A stretch of 32,000 nt of DNA. Source: Alkalilimnicola ehrlichii MLHE-1. GTDB lineage: Bacteria > Pseudomonadota > Gammaproteobacteria > Nitrococcales > Halorhodospiraceae. The notes below the pieces were generated by a model. The model had not been told where the DNA came from. It searched no databases and worked only from the letters and a program-made list of their open reading frames with translations. The translations under genes and the position numbers were made by a program. This document shows positions 24,961 through 32,000 of the stretch, in pieces. The first letter of the stretch is position 1. The number at the start of each line of letters is the position of its first letter. Location of the stretch: assembly GCF_000014785.1 (NCBI RefSeq), contig NC_008340.1, positions 1,200,001 through 1,232,000 on the forward strand, given 5' to 3'.

Positions 24961-26001
24961 ATGGAGCAGGCAGACCGGAATCAACTGAACGAGGCGGTAA
25001 ACCAAGCCTTTTTGCGCTATCTGGACACCTGGCTGAGGAAGCGTGATGCCGCTGCGTTGCATGACCTCAACGGGCCGCTGGTGCATGGCTTCGGGACCGG
25101 TGCCAACGAGTCGGTCTATGACCCGGACGAGGCCCGCGAGGTCATTGAACGGGATATCAGCCAGGTGCCTGAGCCGTTTGAGTACGCCGTTCGTACGGCC
25201 AAGGTGACGCCGCTGTGCACGGACGTGGCGCTGGTGGCGGCGGATATCGGGATTCGCAACACTATCCTGGCGCAAGGGCAGGAGCTGGCCCTGGACCATC
25301 TGCGCCTTACCCTGGTCTTCCGATACATTGACGGGGCCTGGCGACTGGAGCACCTGCACGGCTCCTTTCCCGCCACCGAGCCTGATGGAGAAGAGGCCTG
25401 GCCGTTGCAAGCGCTTGAGGACCGTGCGGCGGTGCTTCAGCGCAAGGTGTGGGAGCGTTATCGCGCGCAGGAGGCAGCCCGGCAATGCGAGGAGGGGCAG
25501 GCCAGCACCGATGCGCTTACCGGCCTTCCCAATCGCGAGAGGATGGATGAGCTGCTGCACCGGGAGGTGGCGGGCCTGAACGGGCAGTCCGGGGCCCTGG
25601 CGGTGATCCTGATTGACATCGACCATCTCAATCTGGTCAACGAGGGCCTTGGCCAGGAAGCGGGCGATCGGGTGTTGGCCGACGTCGCCAATATCTTGCG
25701 CGATCGGATTCGCGTCACCGATGCGTTGGCGCGGTGGGGCGGGGGGGCATTCCTGTTGGCCTGCCCGATGACGGACGGCCTGGAGGCCGAATACCTGGCG
25801 CGGGCCCTGCGACGGGCCGTGGCGGAGACGGATTTCGGGTTGGGTTTCCCGTTGACGGCGAGTTTTGGGGTTACCGCCCTGCAAGCGGGGGATACCGTGC
25901 CGGGGCTGATTCGGCGGGCTGAGCGTGGCCTGCGCCAGGCCAAAGAGGCGGGGCGGGATACGGTGCAGGTGGTTTGTCGGGAGGAGATCGTGCCGGGCTA
26001 G
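24961..26001 (+). CDS. NTF2/SnoaL-like N-terminal domain fused to a degenerate GGDEF domain (GGGAF active-site motif, intact RxxD I-site)
   Basis: The GGDEF-domain core reads DALTGLPNRERMDELL...AVILIDIDHLNLVNEGLGQEAGDRVLADVA...RVTDALARWGGGAFLLACP...GRDTVQVV. RVTD is at 25711-25722 and GGGAF at 25738-25752. I prefer the start at 24961 (MEQADRNQ...) because GGGAGA lies 7 nt upstream. In-frame alternatives are 24913 (the track start) and 24940. The NTF2-like call for the first ~150 aa is low-confidence pattern recognition. Confidence 0.85.
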   Translation: MEQADRNQLNEAVNQAFLRYLDTWLRKRDAAALHDLNGPLVHGFGTGANESVYDPDEAREVIERDISQVPEPFEYAVRTAKVTPLCTDVALVAADIGIRNTILAQGQELALDHLRLTLVFRYIDGAWRLEHLHGSFPATEPDGEEAWPLQALEDRAAVLQRKVWERYRAQEAARQCEEGQASTDALTGLPNRERMDELLHREVAGLNGQSGALAVILIDIDHLNLVNEGLGQEAGDRVLADVANILRDRIRVTDALARWGGGAFLLACPMTDGLEAEYLARALRRAVAETDFGLGFPLTASFGVTALQAGDTVPGLIRRAERGLRQAKEAGRDTVQVVCREEIVPG

Positions 26002-27557
26002 CGCCGCCTGAAGGCGCTGACCAGCGTCTGGCCCAGTCGGCCCATCACCGATGGCTGCCCCAGCCGGTGCACCACCCTGAGGCCGTCCGGATCCGAGGCG
26101 ACGAGCGCTGCCCGGCCGATCGCCTTGGCGTGGTAGGCCGCCTCATCCGCCTCGGCAAGCAGTTCGCGGGCTGACACCTCCGGTTCGCTGCGGGGGTCGA
26201 CGCTGCGCATGCCTATAGAGGCTGTCACCTGCAGGGACTTGCCTTCGCGGACGGCATAGCGCGTCTCGGCGGCTTGCTTCAGCACCCGGGTCAGCGCCGT
26301 CTTGGCGGTTTCGCCACCGGTGTTGGGCATGACAATAGCGAACTCCTCGCCGCCGTAGCGGGCGACTAGGTCGTCGCCGCGCACCAGCCGGGAGAGTTTC
26401 TGGGCGAAATGGTTGAGGACAACATCGCCCGCTGCATGGCCGTAGTCGTCGTTTACCGGTTTGAAGCGATCCAGGTCGGCGAAGGCGACGGTGACCGGCG
26501 TGCCGGCGGTGCGGGCATCCTCCAGGGTGACCTCCAGGAAGGAGAAGAGCTTGCGGCGGTTCCAGACGCCGGTCAGTTCATCGCGCAGGCTGGATTCCTC
26601 CAGCTGACGGGCGCGTTCGCGTAAGGCGTCGGCCTGGCTGTTGGCCTCATGGGTCGTTTTGAATTGGGACAGATTCTGGAACAGTAGCACCTCCCGCGCC
26701 TGGTCCATTACGCCGACCATGATCTGCTCGTCGAATTGGCTGAGATCCAGCAGGGCAAGGTTGCCCTTGATCGCCTCGTCGGCCTCGGTGATCAGTTGGT
26801 AGAGTTGCTCTGGTGACCAGGCCCAGCGCCGGGCGACCAGGTCCCGGCTATTGTCCAGCTGCCCGCCGGTATCGTCGGCAAGCCAGATCCCCACCAGCTC
26901 GTCCGCCACCCCGACGACCTCTACCAGCGCTTGGTCTTCGTCGGGGATATGCGGCAGCCGCCGGTCCAGGTCCCGGGTTGCCCAACTGACACTCGCCAGG
27001 TAGTCCGGCAGCCGCCATTCATTGATCAGCCAGGCCCCGACCTCCGCCGCAAGCTGTGCCGCCGCCTGCTCATCACTCGTCCAGCCGGGGTGGTCGGCCG
27101 GGGTGATGCTGTCCAGCACCAGAACACCGATATCCTTTAACAGCCCGGCGAGCATTGCCTCTGCACCGGCCAACCCGCGCGATTTCGCAATCAGTGCGGC
27201 TACACTGGCGACGCAGGCGGAGCGGCGCCAGAAGTGTTCATAGTCCAGGCGACCGGCTTCCAGACGGCGGATGGTGGTGAACAGACAGAAGGACAGACTG
27301 AGGGTGAGGGTGGCATCGTAGCCCAGCACCATCTGGGCCTCGCGGAGCGAGCGCACCTCGCCCACCCGGCGAAAGGCCGGCGAATTGCTGGCCCGCAGCA
27401 GGCGCGCGGAAAGGGCCGGATCGAGTTGGATGGCCTCGTACAGTTCGCGCGGCTGGGGCTCGTTGCTGCGCGCAATGTCCAGGATACGGACCGCTGCCGG
27501 TGGGAGAGAAGGGAGAGCAGGGGTGGCTTTCAGGCGCCGTTTCAAATCCGGGTCCAT
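25998..27557 (-). CDS. HDOD domain - GGDEF diguanylate cyclase (canonical GGEEF, RxxD I-site present)
   Basis: The N-terminal HDOD pattern is LPSLPPAAVRILDIARSN...AIQLDPALSARLLRASNSPAFRRVGEVRSLREAQMVLGYD. The C-terminal GGDEF domain is DELTGVWNRRKLFSFLE...VAFADLDRFKPVNDDYGHAAGDVVL...RGDDLVARYGGEEFAIVMP...AKAIGR. GGEEF is at 26340-26354 and RGDD at 26370-26381. A GGGAG SD precedes ATG 27557. Confidence 0.9.
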   Translation of the reverse strand: MDPDLKRRLKATPALPSLPPAAVRILDIARSNEPQPRELYEAIQLDPALSARLLRASNSPAFRRVGEVRSLREAQMVLGYDATLTLSLSFCLFTTIRRLEAGRLDYEHFWRRSACVASVAALIAKSRGLAGAEAMLAGLLKDIGVLVLDSITPADHPGWTSDEQAAAQLAAEVGAWLINEWRLPDYLASVSWATRDLDRRLPHIPDEDQALVEVVGVADELVGIWLADDTGGQLDNSRDLVARRWAWSPEQLYQLITEADEAIKGNLALLDLSQFDEQIMVGVMDQAREVLLFQNLSQFKTTHEANSQADALRERARQLEESSLRDELTGVWNRRKLFSFLEVTLEDARTAGTPVTVAFADLDRFKPVNDDYGHAAGDVVLNHFAQKLSRLVRGDDLVARYGGEEFAIVMPNTGGETAKTALTRVLKQAAETRYAVREGKSLQVTASIGMRSVDPRSEPEVSARELLAEADEAAYHAKAIGRAALVASDPDGLRVVHRLGQPSVMGRLGQTLVSAFRRR

Positions 27558-27710
27558 TCGATCTCCCTTTATTATTGTTTACTCTTTAAAAAGGCAATAT
27601 ATGGGTTAGTTCACAAAATGTAGGTATCGATTGAGTCCTGCAGTATGATCGTATGGTGTGCGGCCACACCTAAGCTTAGGTAAATACTTCTGAAAGATTA
27701 ATACCCTTTG
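27558..27710 (-). promoter_or_regulatory. AT-rich leader/promoter region of the HDOD-GGDEF gene, containing a 12-bp perfect palindrome
   Basis: G+C drops conspicuously immediately upstream of ATG 27557. The region contains the hairpin GGTGTG-CGGC-CACACC (27655-27670), which abuts and overlaps the perfect palindrome CCTAAGCTTAGG (27669-27680). I could not pin down a convincing -35/-10 pair by eye. Confidence 0.35.
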
Positions 27711-27803
27711 GCGCGAGCGGTCCACCCTGCCCACCGACCGGTTTCGGCCTCAGGCCTTTATTGTCCCGCCCCAGTTCTAGCGCAGCATGGCCTGAATAGC
27801 CTA

Positions 27804-27900
27804 GCCGGTGTCCGCGGCCGGTGGGCGTGTGAGCACGTCCTTCAGGTATTCAAAGGGCTCCAGCCCGTTGGCCTTGGCCCTCTCATTCCGGCAGCGTATT
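27804..27900 (-). mobile_element. Remnant of an IS66-family transposase gene (extreme C-terminal ~30 codons only)
   Basis: The minus-strand translation ends ...RNERAKANGLEPFEYLKDVLTRPPAADTG*. I recognise AKANGLEP..YL..VL as the conserved C-terminal tail of IS66-family transposases. Nothing transposase-like precedes it in that frame, so this is a fragment. No terminal inverted repeat was identified. Confidence 0.5.
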
Positions 27901-27954
27901 CCCGCCCACCGTGGAGAGTGGTTCCGGGACCATGACCGCGATTCCGGCGTCAGG

Positions 27955-28155
27955 CAAGAGTTGGTTGCGCTCCGTCTGGAATCACCGGTCATGTTCGCCG
28001 GCGTACGCACTCGGACCATCTGCGCCTCCCTGCAACCGGGCGATGCGTCCCGGGGCTGATTCGGCGGACCGAGCCTGGTGTGCACCAAGCCAATAACGCG
28101 GGCCGGAATACGGTGCAGGTGGTCTTAGACCCTGAGACGGAGGTGGTAGGGCCCT
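27955..28155 (+). pseudogene. Frameshifted, 5'-truncated remnant of a GGDEF-domain gene 3' end (paralogue of the 24961-26001 gene)
   Basis: In my hand alignment, nt 28051-28123 match nt 25901-25973 at 61 of 73 positions. The remnant encodes GLIRRTEPGVHQANNAGRNTVQVV against GLIRRAERGLRQAKEAGRDTVQVV in the intact gene. Just upstream, CTGCAACCGGGCGATGCGTCCCGGGG aligns with CTGCAAGCGGGGGATACCGTGCCGGGG with a 1-nt deletion, which shifts the frame. Weaker similarity (LQPGD vs LQAGD, ..AS..) extends to about 27955. No GGDEF core or start codon is present. Confidence 0.6.
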
Positions 28156-28198
28156 AGCCAAGGCGCCCCGCGGGGTGTCCCGGTGAAACATATGGCCG

Positions 28199-28225
28199 CC
28201 GGTTGGGGCAGGGCTGCCCCACCGG
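28199..28225 (-). terminator. GC-rich hairpin 25 nt downstream of the DsrE-like gene (possible terminator)
   Basis: CCGGTTGGGGCAG / CTGCCCCACCGG form a near-perfect inverted repeat with one bulged T and a very short loop. On the transcribed (minus) strand only a weak T-run (TGTTT) follows, so this is not a classic intrinsic terminator. Confidence 0.35.
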
Positions 28226-28250
28226 TGGAGTAAGATCAATAGACCATCGA

Positions 28251-28688
28251 TCAGAAGGCGGCGATGCGGGTCGCACCTTGCCAGAATTCACGCAACTCTG
28301 AAGGGTCAGTGACCCCAATACCGCCGATTAGCTCCTCGGCGGGGTCTTCCGTTCCGGTTAAGGCGTATTCGCAAATATCGACCCGGATGCCCTTACCCAT
28401 CAGGTCCTGCATCAGGCTTTGAGACGTCTGGTCCCGGTCGGGGAGGGTGGGCCCATCGTATCCCTTCCTGGCCAAGGCCGCTCCGCTCCCGCAGAGCACA
28501 ATGCGGACCTCTTCACCTCGGTCATGGAGTTGTTGGCCAATGTCCATCGCCAGGCCCTGAGAGAGGGAGCTGCTGGAGTTAACGCTCAGTATCATCCGTT
28601 TTACGTCGACGTCAGTGGCTTGAGCTGCTGCGGTGCCCATCGAGAGTAAGGCAACCGCTGCCACGATCAGTGTCGGGACAATGCGCAT
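28251..28688 (-). CDS. Exported DsrE/DsrF/YchN-like family protein
   Basis: The 145-aa ORF has a GGGAG SD and the signal peptide MRIVPTLIVAAVALLSMGTAAAQA/TD. The mature part follows the YchN/DsrE layout as I remember it: RMILSVNSSSS...GLAMDIGQQL...EVRIVLCGSGAALARKG...LMGKGIRVDICEYALTGTG...IGGIGVTDPSELREFWQGATRIAAF. The family call is from memory of that fold family. Confidence 0.6.
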   Translation of the reverse strand: MRIVPTLIVAAVALLSMGTAAAQATDVDVKRMILSVNSSSSLSQGLAMDIGQQLHDRGEEVRIVLCGSGAALARKGYDGPTLPDRDQTSQSLMQDLMGKGIRVDICEYALTGTEDPAEELIGGIGVTDPSELREFWQGATRIAAF

Positions 28689-28869
28689 AAGGGGCTCCCG
28701 GCCGAATAGCCAAGTGTTTGGGTGGGTTGTTTAGCCACTATAGCAGGCGGATGGGGGTTCGGACCGACTGTGGATCAATGCATGCGAGCTGCTTCACGAT
28801 AAGATGTGCATGTCCGCGAATGTAAAATATCGCGCGTTATTGCATAGGAATACAGTGGGTTTATGCGAT

Positions 28870-29415
28870 ATGTCATATGCACCGAATGATCAGTACAGCT
28901 CGCCCTCCAAAGTCCTGCATTGGTTGAGCGCTTTTCTCATCATTGCACTCATCGCCGTGGGGTGGTGGATGACCGGGCTGTCGGAGGACAACCCCATCCG
29001 CGGCAATGTCTATAACCTGCACAAAGCACTTGGTGCCATTACGGTGGTCTTGTTGATAGCGCGCCTGGCGTGGTTCCGGGTCCAGCCCCCGCCGGGGCCA
29101 GTCTCCGCATTGCCACGCCCGTTGCGGCGGCTGAACGTGACGGTGAAGGTTCTACTCTACGCCCTGATGCTGGTAGTGCCGCTCAGCGGTTACGTCATGT
29201 CCAATGCCGCCGGCCATCCGGTTTCGATGTTCGGGTTGTTCAGCCTGCCTTCGCTGGTGCCCGAGAGTCGTGGCCTGGCGGGAGCGGCGAGCACCCTGCA
29301 CACCTGGTCGGCCTATGTGCTGCTGGCGCTGATCGGGGTCCACGTGGCCGGGTCGGTTAAACACCGGCTTACCGACCGTGGTGGCCCTACGGATGTTCTT
29401 CAGCGGATGACCTGA
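28870..29415 (+). CDS. Cytochrome b561 family protein (CybB-like di-haem membrane cytochrome)
   Basis: The protein has four hydrophobic segments with the conserved His pattern: SKVLHWLSAFLIIALI, YNLHKALGAITVVLLIARL, VKVLLYALMLVVPLSGY, STLHTWSAYVLLALIGVHVAGSVKHRL. I prefer the start at ATG 28870 (MSYAPNDQYSSPSKVLHWL, 181 aa), which matches the family's length. The track ORF starts at 28804. Confidence 0.8.
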   Translation: MSYAPNDQYSSPSKVLHWLSAFLIIALIAVGWWMTGLSEDNPIRGNVYNLHKALGAITVVLLIARLAWFRVQPPPGPVSALPRPLRRLNVTVKVLLYALMLVVPLSGYVMSNAAGHPVSMFGLFSLPSLVPESRGLAGAASTLHTWSAYVLLALIGVHVAGSVKHRLTDRGGPTDVLQRMT

Positions 29416-32000
29416 GGCGTCGGGCCCGGTGCTCGTCGAAGATCACGTACAGGGCCGGGATGACAAACAGGACCAGCACGGTGGACGTGGCCAGGCCAAA
29501 GACCACAGAGATGACCAAAGGTTTGATGGCGTCCGCCTGGGTGCTGGACTCCGCCAGCAGGGGCAACACTCCGGCGGTGGTGGTGCCGGACGAAATCAGG
29601 ATGGCCCGCAGCCGGTCGCGGCTGGCCTGGCCGGCGGCACGCACGGCGGACAGCCCCGCGTCCCGGTGGGCCTTGATGAACAGGATGAGCAGGATGGCGT
29701 TGTTCACGACGATGCCGGCCAGGGAGGCGGCGCCGACCAGCGAGGGCATGGACAGGTAGTAGCCCATCAGCACATGGCCCCAGAGCGCGCCCATGAAGGC
29801 TAGGGGAATGGCCACCATGACCAGCAGCGGCTCCACATAGCTGCGGAACTGGAAGGAGAGGATCACGTAGATCCCGATCAGCCCGATCAGCAGGGCCCGC
29901 CGCACCGACCCTCCCGTCTCCGCCGAACGGGCCACCTGGCCCTCGAAGCCCACGGCCAGCGTGGGGTGAGCGGCCTTGAAGTCCGGCAGCCAATGGTTTT
30001 GTAGGTCATTGACGATGGCCTGGGCATTCGCCACCCGGGGGTTCACGTTGGCCTCCACGGTGACTGTGCGTTGGCCGTCCACCCGGGTAATGCGCGCCCA
30101 CTCGCGGGCTGCCTTACGTTCCGTCGCCACCGCCAGCGGTATGCGTTGGCCGTCCGGCCCGAGCACGGTGAGCTCCTCCAGTGCATCCAGGCGGTTGCGG
30201 TCCCGCTCGGTGTGGCGGACCAGGATTTCCACATCGTGGGCGCCGATGCGCAGTGTGCCCCCCAGTTCCCCCAGTATGGCGGCGCGTAGCTGGCGGGCGG
30301 TTGCCTCCGCCGTGAGCCCCAGCCCATGCGCGCCTTCCGCCATGCGGAACTGGTATTGCGGCTTGCCGGGCCGCAGGTCGTGCAACACGTTGTACACGCC
30401 TTGGTACGTGCCCAGGGTCTCCTTCAGGTGCTCCGACGCCTGCTGAAGTTCGTCGAGGTCGTCGCCGCTCAGGCGAACCTCAATGGGGGTGCCGGCTGGG
30501 CCGAAGCCAGGCTCCTGAATGACCAGGCTGTGTACGCCCGCGATGGGGCCGATGGCCTCACGCCAGGCAGCGGTCAGAGTTTCCAGGTCCACCGTGCGGC
30601 GCTCCGCGGTGAGCAGGTCGACGCTGAGGGTGGCGACATGGGGGCCGGGCTCACCCGCACTGGGGTTGTGATTGAATCGCACCTGCAGGTTGCGCACCAG
30701 CGAGGCACCGTCCGGCTGCTCCGGTGTGAGACGCTCATTCAGTTCTGCCATGGCCTCGCTCACCTGTTTGGCCACCGCCTCGGTGCGGGACAGGGGGGTT
30801 CCCTGGGGCATCAGGATGCGGGCCTCCAGCACATCGCCGTCGATGTCGGGCATGGCCTCGGTACCCAGGTGGCCACCGACCAGGTAGCCGGCTGACGCCA
30901 GCAGTATCACCAGGGTGCCGGCCAGCACCCCATGGCGGAAGCGTATGGCGCGGTCGGCCAGGCTGCCGACACCTTCCCGGAAGCGATCAAAGGCGCGGTC
31001 AAAACCTTGCCGAAGCCGTGAGTTGCCTTTGGACTGAATCCGGTCGAGACCGCCCCGGAGGTGGTGGGGCAACACCAGGAATGCCTCGATCAGGCTGGCG
31101 GTGAGTGCGGCGATGAGCACCACCGGCAAGACCTGTAAAACCGCGCCCAGCTCACCGGCCAGGAAGGACAGCGGGGTGAATACGACTACCGTGGTCAGGA
31201 AAGAGGAGATGACCCCCGGCAGCACCTGACGGGCACCTTCCACCACGGCCTCCAGCGCACGGCTGCCGGCTCGGGCGCGGGCGGAAATGTTGTCGGTGAT
31301 CACGATGGCGTGGTCCATTACCAGGCCGATGGCCATCAACAGCGCGACCAGGGTGATCATGTTGAGCGATAGTCCGGTCAAGGCCATGACCGTGAACGCG
31401 CCCAGGAACCCCACAGGCAGCCCGATGCCGGCCCAAAGGGCCAGACGCGGGCGGAAGAACAGGCTGAGCACTAGCAATACGAGGATCAGCCCGAGCAGCC
31501 CGTTGGAGACCAGCATTTGCAGCCGGTCACGGACGATCGAAGTGGCATCTTGGGTGACGGTCAGCGTCAGGGCCTCGCCCCAGCGTGCGCGCTCCGTTTC
31601 CAGCAACCCTTGCATAGCCTCCATGACATCCAGGGCATCGGCGTGGGTGGCCTTGTGCACCTCCAGCAGGACGGCGCGTCGCCCATTCATGAGCACCTTC
31701 TCCTCCGTGTGTTCCCGGTGCTCGCTCAGTCGGGCGATTTCGGACAATCGCAGTTCCCCACCACCTTCATCGGAGAGCACGACCAGCTCCCCCAGGCCGA
31801 CGAGGTCGTGGCGTTCGTCGGTGAAGCGCAGCAGGATCTCCCGGTCAGGGGTTTCCAGCGTGCCCAGCGGGCTGTCGATATTCTGGGCGGCAACGCGGGC
31901 GGCCAACTCAATGGCGGACAGACCATGCTGTGCGAGGGCGTCATGGCCTACCTCCACCTGCCACTGGCGCTGGGAGAGCCCATGCGTGATGACGTCGGCC
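29387..32000 (-). CDS. RND family efflux transporter permease subunit (AcrB/CzcA-like), N-terminus beyond the window
   Basis: The frame is open from the window edge to TAG (complement of 29387-29389), giving about 870 aa. It shows the RND organisation: large periplasmic loops alternating with TM clusters (e.g. GLPVGFLGAFTVMALTGLSLNMITLVALLMAIGLVMDHAIVITDNI and GAASLAGIVVNNAILLILFIKAH...VISVVFGLATSTVLVLFVIPALYVIF). About 150-180 N-terminal residues are missing relative to typical ~1,030-aa members. Confidence 0.9.
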   Translation of the reverse strand, partial: ADVITHGLSQRQWQVEVGHDALAQHGLSAIELAARVAAQNIDSPLGTLETPDREILLRFTDERHDLVGLGELVVLSDEGGGELRLSEIARLSEHREHTEEKVLMNGRRAVLLEVHKATHADALDVMEAMQGLLETERARWGEALTLTVTQDATSIVRDRLQMLVSNGLLGLILVLLVLSLFFRPRLALWAGIGLPVGFLGAFTVMALTGLSLNMITLVALLMAIGLVMDHAIVITDNISARARAGSRALEAVVEGARQVLPGVISSFLTTVVVFTPLSFLAGELGAVLQVLPVVLIAALTASLIEAFLVLPHHLRGGLDRIQSKGNSRLRQGFDRAFDRFREGVGSLADRAIRFRHGVLAGTLVILLASAGYLVGGHLGTEAMPDIDGDVLEARILMPQGTPLSRTEAVAKQVSEAMAELNERLTPEQPDGASLVRNLQVRFNHNPSAGEPGPHVATLSVDLLTAERRTVDLETLTAAWREAIGPIAGVHSLVIQEPGFGPAGTPIEVRLSGDDLDELQQASEHLKETLGTYQGVYNVLHDLRPGKPQYQFRMAEGAHGLGLTAEATARQLRAAILGELGGTLRIGAHDVEILVRHTERDRNRLDALEELTVLGPDGQRIPLAVATERKAAREWARITRVDGQRTVTVEANVNPRVANAQAIVNDLQNHWLPDFKAAHPTLAVGFEGQVARSAETGGSVRRALLIGLIGIYVILSFQFRSYVEPLLVMVAIPLAFMGALWGHVLMGYYLSMPSLVGAASLAGIVVNNAILLILFIKAHRDAGLSAVRAAGQASRDRLRAILISSGTTTAGVLPLLAESSTQADAIKPLVISVVFGLATSTVLVLFVIPALYVIFDEHRARRLRSSAEEHP

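Noticed and set aside
24817-25884. A 355-aa minus-strand ORF, antisense to the NTF2-GGDEF gene.
   Set aside because: The GGDEF-domain motifs, including RxxD and GGGAF, are on the plus strand. The antisense product has no recognisable features.
29400-31436. Alternative-frame ORFs within the RND gene (e.g. 29400-29993 on the minus strand; 30326-30895 on the plus strand).
   Set aside because: They overlap a long frame with clear RND transmembrane and periplasmic-loop organisation. Their own translations are Arg/Gly/Pro-rich artefacts.
1-32000. CRISPR arrays, tRNA/rRNA genes, integrase or att sites, and intact insertion sequences.
   Set aside because: I could not find regularly spaced identical direct repeats, cloverleaf-compatible segments or rRNA-like conserved blocks in the few non-coding stretches. 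The only mobile-element trace is the IS66 tail fragment. A computational scan (tRNAscan-SE, Infernal/Rfam, CRISPRCasFinder) would be needed to be certain.

Overview
This is a very GC-rich, proteobacterial-looking window. All homology calls come from reading motifs by eye, because no searches could be run.

- **Giant exoprotein (nt 1-17165, +):** this is the 3' 17 kb of one gene encoding more than 5,718 aa, with the N-terminus off-window. The product is acidic, rich in Gly/Ala/Val/Asp, and looks like a beta-helical secreted exoprotein.
- **TpsB transporter (17162-18847, +):** the giant gene's stop overlaps (ATGA) the start of a ShlB/FhaC/HecB-type TpsB outer-membrane transporter. That makes this a two-partner-secretion (type Vb) locus.
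- **CHAT/lipase fusion (18945-23327, +):** 97 bp further on the same strand lies a 1,460-aa gene with no signal peptide. It fuses two lipase-like serine-hydrolase modules (one with LCAT/PGAP1-type motifs) to a C-terminal CHAT caspase-like protease.
- **Best candidate system:** the tpsA-tpsB-CHAT/lipase block, and the CHAT/lipase protein in particular, is my best candidate for an undescribed system.

The remainder (23.3-32 kb) looks like a lower-GC mosaic:
- a lambda/PrpA-type Ser/Thr metallophosphatase (-);
- a small secreted protein with three ENY...V.VR repeats (+);
- a convergent c-di-GMP pair: an NTF2-like protein with a degenerate GGGAF GGDEF domain that keeps an intact RxxD site, and an HDOD-GGEEF cyclase. 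Their stop codons share one CTAG;
- a decayed scar holding the last ~30 codons of an IS66-family transposase, joined to a frameshifted copy of a GGDEF gene 3' end;
- a signal-peptide-bearing DsrE/YchN-like protein (-);
- a cytochrome b561 (+);
- the 3' 2.6 kb of an RND efflux permease (-, N-terminus off-window).

I saw no rRNA, tRNA or CRISPR array. The many long antisense and alternative-frame ORFs in the track are GC-driven shadow ORFs.
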